Both the position numbers and the translations under genes were made by a program. A DNA stretch of 64,000 nt from a virus. Below, piece after piece: positions 57,916 to 64,000 of the stretch (positions are counted from its first letter, which is position 1; each line of letters opens with the position of its first letter). The stretch lies in IMG/VR virus record IMGVR_UViG_3300030390_000715, positions 88,754 through 152,753 of that record; one strand, given 5' to 3'. Below the pieces are notes generated by a model. That model was not told where the DNA came from and did not search any database. It saw only the letters and a list, made by a program, of their open reading frames with translations.

Positions 57916-59515
57916 TGGAGAGTCCTATCTCGGCAATCCTAATGTTAAACGTGACGGAATTGTACAGACCTGGAGCAAAGATCAAGTAGTAGAGTACGCA
58001 AGGTGCAAGCGCGATCCTGTGTATTTTGCGATACATTATATCAAAGTGATCAGTCTAGACGAAGGTTTAATAGACTTTAATCTATATGATTATCAGAAAG
58101 AATTGTACGATCAATTTCAGAAAAATAGATTTAATATTGTATTGGCTTGTCGCCAGTCGGGCAAGTCAATCTCTTCTGTAGTCTATATACTTTGGTACGC
58201 CATTTTTCATCCGGAGAAGACTATTGCAGTACTTGCTAACAAAGGCGCTACTTCTAGAGAAATGCTTTCACGCATTACATTAGCTCTTGAAAACTTACCG
58301 TTCTTTTTACAGCCAGGTTGTCGCGCTCTTAATAAAGGTAGCATTGAGTTTAGTAACAATAGTCGAATTCTTGCCGCGGCTACTTCTGGCTCTTCTATTC
58401 GTGGTTTGTCTGTTAACTTATTGTATCTGGATGAGTTTGCATTCGTGGAACGAGCGGCAGAGTTCTATACTTCAACGTATCCGGTTGTATCTGCTGGTAA
58501 AGATACGAAAGTAATTATAACATCTACTGCTAACGGTATCGGAAATACCTTTCATAAGATTTGGCAGGGCGCAGTACAAAAGACTAATAAATATGTACCA
58601 TTCACTATCGACTGGTGGGACGTACCTGGTCGAGATGAAGCGTGGAAATTGGAAACAATCGATAACACATCGCAACTTCAGTTTGATCAAGAATTTGGTA
58701 ATACGTTCTTCGGCACCGGTGATACGCTAATCAGTTCTTCTTGTCTATTAGACCTAAGAGCGAAGAACCCCCTCAAAATTCTTGAAGGGGGTTCTCTGCT
58801 TGCCTATAAAGAGCCCTGCGCAGGACACGAATACATCATGACGGTAGATGTATCAAAGGGGAGAGGTCAGGATTATTCTACGTTTAATATAATCGACATT
58901 ACGACCAGACCGTTTGAGCAAGTTTGCGTGTATCGGAACAACACTATCTCTCCAATTCTCTTCCCTGACATTATATATAAGTATGCCGTAGTCTACAATG
59001 AGGCTTATGTCGTTATTGAGTCTAATGATCAAGGTACTGTAGTTTGTCAAGGCTTATATCATGACATGGAATATGAAAATGTACATGTCGAGTCTGCTGT
59101 TAAAGCCAATCGAATCGGTGTAGAGATTACGCGAAAGTCAAAGCGATTGGGCTGTTCTGCTATTAAAGACATTCTCGAAGAAAATAAACTTGAAATTGTC
59201 GACGAGAACACTATATCTGAGATATCTACGTTTGAGTCCAAAGGCAATTCATACGAGGCTAGTGACGGCAACCATGATGATCTAATGATGAATCTAGTTA
59301 TGTTCGGTTACTTTGTCGCTTCACAGTTCTTTGCTGATATGACAGATATTAATCTGAAAAAGATGATGTTCGAGCAACAAGCTAGGCAAATTGAAGATGA
59401 TATTGTTCCGTTTGGATATATCGATGATGGAAGCGACATAATAGATCATTATGAGCGTGAAGAGAACGACAAGCACCAGCAATGGGCTACATGGGGCGAT
59501 GAACCGGATTATTGA
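57896..59515 (+). CDS. gp17: Terminase large subunit
   Basis: YLGNPN, Walker A RQSGKS, LDEFAF, ITSTANG, VDVSKGRGQDYS and HDDLMM. Confidence 0.97.
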   Translation: MLPNRNSGESYLGNPNVKRDGIVQTWSKDQVVEYARCKRDPVYFAIHYIKVISLDEGLIDFNLYDYQKELYDQFQKNRFNIVLACRQSGKSISSVVYILWYAIFHPEKTIAVLANKGATSREMLSRITLALENLPFFLQPGCRALNKGSIEFSNNSRILAAATSGSSIRGLSVNLLYLDEFAFVERAAEFYTSTYPVVSAGKDTKVIITSTANGIGNTFHKIWQGAVQKTNKYVPFTIDWWDVPGRDEAWKLETIDNTSQLQFDQEFGNTFFGTGDTLISSSCLLDLRAKNPLKILEGGSLLAYKEPCAGHEYIMTVDVSKGRGQDYSTFNIIDITTRPFEQVCVYRNNTISPILFPDIIYKYAVVYNEAYVVIESNDQGTVVCQGLYHDMEYENVHVESAVKANRIGVEITRKSKRLGCSAIKDILEENKLEIVDENTISEISTFESKGNSYEASDGNHDDLMMNLVMFGYFVASQFFADMTDINLKKMMFEQQARQIEDDIVPFGYIDDGSDIIDHYEREENDKHQQWATWGDEPDY

Positions 59516-59528
59516 AAATAGCAGTAAG

Positions 59529-59536
59529 TATAAATA
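59529..59536 (+). promoter_or_regulatory. T4-type late promoter
   Basis: TATAAATA upstream of gp18. Confidence 0.8.
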
Positions 59537-59600
59537 AAGCTATTGAGATTTATTCTTATAATGCTTCTTATCAATAATTGAAAACTAAAGGACAACGACC

Positions 59601-61343
59601 ATGGCATTTATTCCATCCGAGTCTCCAGGAATCAACATCAAAGAGTTTGATCTGTCAGGTGTAGTACCTGCGGTAACAACATCTACAGGTGCGATTGTCG
59701 GCGACTTTAATTGGGGTCCAGTTTCAGAGCCGGTAAAAGTCGCTAACGAAGCGCAACTTGTATCTTCTTTTGGATCACCAACATTTACTAATGATAGCTC
59801 CGCTATCGACTATCTATCCGCAAGCTCATTCCTAAAATACTCTAGCGACTTGTTTGTCGTTCGTGAAGTAGGAACTGGCGCTTTCAACGCTAAAGACAGT
59901 GACGGTACTGCTGACATATTAATCAGAAATGATGATGATTGGCTTACTCAAAAAGATGCTTCTGCGGTAGCAAACAACACATACATAGCGAAACATGCAG
60001 GATTAGCAGGAAACTCTATCGATGTACATCTATGCCCAGTCGGCACATCTCCTACTGTATTCAGTGGATGGGCATATGCAGGCTCTTTTGATAGTCGACC
60101 TGGTACTTCTTCGCATGTCGCTTCACTATCACCTGACGGAACTGCCGCGAATGACGAGGTTCATATCGTAGTAGTTGACCGAGATGGTAAGTTCACAGGT
60201 ACTAAGGGAACTGTTCTTGAAACATACCCGTTCGTATCTATAGCTTCTGATGCTAAGACTCCAGACGGCACATCTAATTTCGCACTCGACGTTATCAACG
60301 CAAAGTCTGAATACATTAGAGCCGCTGGTTTAAACCCTGGATATGTCACCGCTACTTCAGGCGCATTCACTGCTGTTACTAACGGAACTGGCACCAAAGC
60401 GGGTGTTGAGCTTATTGCTCTCAAATCTGGAGCCGCAGGCACTAAGATAGCAGAAACAGAATATGCTACCGGCTTTGCCCAATTCTCTGATGTCGATACG
60501 ATTCAAGTTGACTTTTTAATTGCTCCTGGAATACCAGCGACCGTTGCTCATAAAACTGTCGTTGAAAATCTAGTTGCAATTGCTACAGCCCGAAAGGATT
60601 GTGTAGTAGTCGCTTCTCCTCCAAGAGGTGTTGTTGTAAATGCCGCGGCTAGTACGCTAGTGGCTAATACAGTAACATGGTCTGACACTCTAACAGCTTC
60701 CTCATACTTGATTGTAGATAATAACTACTTGAAAGTTTATGACAAGTACAATGACCAATATGTTTTCATTCCCGCTTCAGCCTCAACTGCTGGTGTAATG
60801 GCGGCTACTGATGACGTTTCAGCTCCTTGGTTCTCACCCGCGGGTTCTCGTAGAGGTCAATATCTTGGCGTGACTGCACTAGCTCATAGTCCTACCAAAG
60901 CAGAACGCGATACGCTATATAAAGCAGGTGTTAATCCTATTGTTAATATTCCTGGACAAGGTATCTTACTGTTCGGTGATAAGACTAAGCTAGGAAGACC
61001 AAGCGCCTTTGATCGTATCAACGTCCGTAGACTTTTCTTAGGCGTAGAACGAGCAGTTAAAGCCGCGGCTCAAAATGTAATGTTCGAATTTAATGACGAG
61101 TTTACTCGCGCTGAATTCGTAAATGTGGTCGAGCCGTTCTTGCGAGAGATTAAGGGTCGAAGGGGAATTACTGACTTCCGTGTTGTTTGCGACGAAACAA
61201 ACAATACCGGTTCAATCATTGATTCAAATCAGTTTGTAGCGACTGTCTTTATCAAGCCAGCACGTTCTATTAACTACGTTACTTTAAACTTCGTAGCAGT
61301 TAGAACCGGTGTTGATTTTGATGAAGTTGTCGGATTAGTATAA
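59601..61343 (+). CDS. gp18: Tail sheath protein
   Basis: SPGINIKEFD, WGP, PWFSPAG, FDRINVRRLF and IKPARSINY. Confidence 0.97.
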   Translation: MAFIPSESPGINIKEFDLSGVVPAVTTSTGAIVGDFNWGPVSEPVKVANEAQLVSSFGSPTFTNDSSAIDYLSASSFLKYSSDLFVVREVGTGAFNAKDSDGTADILIRNDDDWLTQKDASAVANNTYIAKHAGLAGNSIDVHLCPVGTSPTVFSGWAYAGSFDSRPGTSSHVASLSPDGTAANDEVHIVVVDRDGKFTGTKGTVLETYPFVSIASDAKTPDGTSNFALDVINAKSEYIRAAGLNPGYVTATSGAFTAVTNGTGTKAGVELIALKSGAAGTKIAETEYATGFAQFSDVDTIQVDFLIAPGIPATVAHKTVVENLVAIATARKDCVVVASPPRGVVVNAAASTLVANTVTWSDTLTASSYLIVDNNYLKVYDKYNDQYVFIPASASTAGVMAATDDVSAPWFSPAGSRRGQYLGVTALAHSPTKAERDTLYKAGVNPIVNIPGQGILLFGDKTKLGRPSAFDRINVRRLFLGVERAVKAAAQNVMFEFNDEFTRAEFVNVVEPFLREIKGRRGITDFRVVCDETNNTGSIIDSNQFVATVFIKPARSINYVTLNFVAVRTGVDFDEVVGLV

Positions 61344-61355
61344 GGGGAATATGAT

Positions 61356-61883
61356 ATGGCTATTCTAGGAGTCGATGACTTTAAATCGAAATTGCGTGGT
61401 GGTGGTGCTCGTGCGAACTTGTTCAATGCGACACTAAACTTTCCCGCTTATGCCGGAGGAGATGTCGAGTTGACATCTTTCCTTTGTAAATCAGCACAGA
61501 TACCTCAATCAGCTATGACTCCTCTTGTCGTTCCGTTTCGCGGGCGAGAGATGAAGATTGCTGGTGATCGTACATTCGAAGATTGGACAGTTACTATTAT
61601 CAATGATACAAACTTTGATATACGTGACGCGTTCGAGCGTTGGATGAATGGTATTAATGCTCACCAATCCAATACTGGTCTTATCAATCCTTCTGATTAT
61701 CAGACGGACTTGATTCTTGATCAATTGGATCGTGATTCAACTATTCTGAAGCGTTATAACTTTAGAGGTGCTTTTCCTGTCAATGTTGGTGAAATTGCAT
61801 TGACATATGATACGCAGAATGAAATCGAAACATTCGATGTTACTTTCTCATATCAGTATTGGGAATCAAATACCACTAGTTAA
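61356..61883 (+). CDS. gp19: Tail tube protein
   Basis: GGGARANLF, PFRGREMKIAGDRTFEDWTVTIIND and FDVTFSYQYW. Confidence 0.95.
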   Translation: MAILGVDDFKSKLRGGGARANLFNATLNFPAYAGGDVELTSFLCKSAQIPQSAMTPLVVPFRGREMKIAGDRTFEDWTVTIINDTNFDIRDAFERWMNGINAHQSNTGLINPSDYQTDLILDQLDRDSTILKRYNFRGAFPVNVGEIALTYDTQNEIETFDVTFSYQYWESNTTS

Positions 61884-61900
61884 GCTAAGTCTATATAATA

Positions 61901-61933
61901 AGGCACTATCGTTCTTTTCGTTCGATAGTGCCT
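61901..61933. other. Intergenic stem-loop between gp19 and gp20
   Basis: AGGCACTATCG / CGATAGTGCCT 11-bp inverted repeat with no clear U-tract. Confidence 0.6.
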
Positions 61934-61958
61934 CTATTATAACAAAGGTCGCAATATA

Positions 61959-63638
61959 ATGGCAAATGAAGAAGGTTTGAAACTATTCGGTTTCAGTATC
62001 ACTAGAGCGAAGAAGGCTTCGGACACCAAAGAAAAGCTACCCGCTATCGTAGTTCCCACTGATGTTGATGGAGCTGGATACGTACAAGGTTCTGGTGCAG
62101 GTCATTTCGCTTCTTTTATCAATCAAGACGGTGATCAGTCTAAAGATAATGCACAACTTATTCATAAGTATCGTGGCGTTTCGATGCATCCAGAAGTCGA
62201 TATGGCGATTGAAGAAATCGTTAACGAGTCTATCGTTTCCTCAGACGAAACATCCTCTGTAGAACTGGCTCTAACCGACATCGATTGTCCAGATAAAATT
62301 AAAGAATCTATCAACGAAGAGTTCGATCACATTATTAGTATGCTCAAATTCAACGAATTGGGGCATGACATTTTCCGTTCATTCTATGTTGATGGTCGAG
62401 TAGTATACCATCTTTTAGTGAACGAGTCAAATCCAAAAGCGGGCATTCAGGACATACGAAATGTCGATGCCGCTAAAATTAGAAAAACTAAAAAAGTTAC
62501 CTATAAAAAGGACGAAAAAACCGGCGTCAAGATTATTGATAATATAGAAGAATTCTATGTATATGAAGAGAAGCCAGGCAATCAAACAGCTGGAATTAAG
62601 CTGTCACCTGACGCGATAACTTATGTGACTTCGGGTCTTCTTGACGAGTCAAAAAAGAAAGTCGTATCGTACCTTCACAAAGCATTAAAGCCTATCAATC
62701 AATTGAGAATGATGGAAGATTCGTTAGTTATCTATCGACTAGCTCGTGCGCCTGAGCGCAGAATATTTTACATAGACGTTGGTAGTTTACCACGGGGTAA
62801 AGCTGATCAGTATATGAAAGATATCATGGCTAAGTATCGTAACAAGGTTGTTTATGATGCTGATACTGGCAAGTTGAAAGATGACCGAAAGCACATGTCA
62901 ATGCTCGAAGACTTTTGGTTACCTCGTCGAGAGGGTGGTAAAGGCACAGAGATATCAACACTTCCTGGGGGTGAGAATCTTGGTCAGATAGATGATATTC
63001 TATATTTCCAGAAGAGACTATACAGATCATTGAATGTTCCTATAGGCAGATTAGAAAATGAAAACACCTTCTCTGTTGGTCGAAGTACTGAAATTTCTCG
63101 TGAAGAGGTTAAATTCCAGAAATTCATTGATCGTCTTAGACGTAGATTTAGTTCTGTTTTCTTAAACATTCTACGTAAACAACTTTTGCTCAAAGGCATT
63201 ATCACGGAGCAAGACTGGGATAAGTGGAAAGATGACATCTATATTGATTTCATTAAGGACAATCACTTTTCAGAATTGAAAGACATGGAGATTCTCCGTG
63301 AACGTATTGGATTAATGAATGAAGTCACACAATACGTAGGCGAATACTATTCTAAAAATTGGGTGATGAAGAATGTCATGCAATTAAACGAAGATGAAAT
63401 CAAAGAGATGCAGAAGCAGGTCAAAAAGGAAATCAAGGATGAAGAAATAGATGATCCTAAAGATAAAGATGAAGATGAAAAAGGTCAAGATTCTGAGCCT
63501 GCACCAACTCCGGTTACTGTAGTTGATGCACCAAAAGAAGAAGAGCCTAAGAAAGAGCATGTAGCTATGCCACAAGACGAGAAGCTTACCGAAGAAATGA
63601 CCACTTTTATGAGAAACCTGAATAATGAGTCAAAGTGA
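61959..63638 (+). CDS. gp20: Portal vertex protein
   Basis: NQLRMMEDSLVIYRLARAPERRIFYIDVG and EDFWLPRREGGKGTEI. Confidence 0.97.
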   Translation: MANEEGLKLFGFSITRAKKASDTKEKLPAIVVPTDVDGAGYVQGSGAGHFASFINQDGDQSKDNAQLIHKYRGVSMHPEVDMAIEEIVNESIVSSDETSSVELALTDIDCPDKIKESINEEFDHIISMLKFNELGHDIFRSFYVDGRVVYHLLVNESNPKAGIQDIRNVDAAKIRKTKKVTYKKDEKTGVKIIDNIEEFYVYEEKPGNQTAGIKLSPDAITYVTSGLLDESKKKVVSYLHKALKPINQLRMMEDSLVIYRLARAPERRIFYIDVGSLPRGKADQYMKDIMAKYRNKVVYDADTGKLKDDRKHMSMLEDFWLPRREGGKGTEISTLPGGENLGQIDDILYFQKRLYRSLNVPIGRLENENTFSVGRSTEISREEVKFQKFIDRLRRRFSSVFLNILRKQLLLKGIITEQDWDKWKDDIYIDFIKDNHFSELKDMEILRERIGLMNEVTQYVGEYYSKNWVMKNVMQLNEDEIKEMQKQVKKEIKDEEIDDPKDKDEDEKGQDSEPAPTPVTVVDAPKEEEPKKEHVAMPQDEKLTEEMTTFMRNLNNESK

Positions 63639-64000
63639 TTTAACCCACGCCTTTCATATTGCCTATACCGAAGATCGTGTAAGAAAATTGAAGAGTGACA
63701 TCATTGAAAGAATGCAAGAGATCGAATTGCTTAAAGGCGATAAAGGTGACTCCGTAAAAGGTGATAAAGGTGACTCTGTTAAAGGCGATAAAGGTGACAA
63801 GGGAGACTCCATAAAAGGCGACAAAGGTGACAAAGGCGACTCTGTTAAAGGAGACAAAGGCGACTCGATAAAGGGTGACAAAGGCGATAAAGGTGACAAG
63901 GGAGACTCGATAAAGGGCGACTCGATAAAGGGTGACAAAGGCGACAAAGGTGACAAGGGTGACTCTGTTAAAGGCGACTCTGTAAAGGGTGACAAAGGCG
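63625..64000 (+). CDS. Collagen-like (GDK/GDS) repeat protein, truncated at the window end; not in the ORF track
   Basis: Hand translation from ATG 63625 gives MSQSDLTHAF...ELLKGDKGDSVKGDKGDSVKGDKGDKGDSIK..., open to base 64000. Confidence 0.8.
   Translation, partial: MSQSDLTHAFHIAYTEDRVRKLKSDIIERMQEIELLKGDKGDSVKGDKGDSVKGDKGDKGDSIKGDKGDKGDSVKGDKGDSIKGDKGDKGDKGDSIKGDSIKGDKGDKGDKGDSVKGDSVKGDKG

Noticed and set aside
57896-63638. Introns or inteins in the terminase, sheath or portal genes
   Set aside because: The ORFs are continuous and of ordinary length, with no splicing motifs seen.
63663-63995. Minus-strand SPLSPF repeat ORF
   Set aside because: It is the reverse-complement reading of the plus-strand GDK collagen-like repeat.

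Overview
This window is a segment of a large T4-like (myovirus) phage genome. It has dense coding, sigma70-type early promoters and T4-type TATAAATA late promoters; the gene content resembles marine T4-like phages, but the host cannot be determined here. Bases 1-8 kb hold small accessory ORFs sharing a repeated leader motif, thyX, a pyrimidine-dimer glycosylase-like gene, gp33, gp32, a DUF1353-like gene and an SNase-like nuclease. Bases 8-12 kb (minus strand) hold gp4, gp2, gp54-like, gp26, gp51-like and a tape-measure-like gene. Bases 12-64 kb hold the baseplate, fibre, neck, terminase, sheath, tube and portal genes, ending in a truncated collagen-like ORF. Three features stand out. (1) A 2480-aa Tyr-periodic protein has two ~950-aa arms that are mirror-complementary module by module, suggesting a giant fold-back hairpin fibre; it is followed by a glycosyltransferase-like and a 2OG-Fe(II)-oxygenase-like gene. 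(2) A 1643-aa putative virion protein has eight tandem repeats that resemble phycobiliprotein globin domains and keep the (K/R)-C-x-R-D chromophore-site motif. (3) Asp-Ser dipeptides are strongly enriched in putative virion proteins, possibly marking a modification site. A probable -1 frameshift linking gp26 to gp51 is also visible. All family calls come from motif recognition by eye and synteny; no searches were run.
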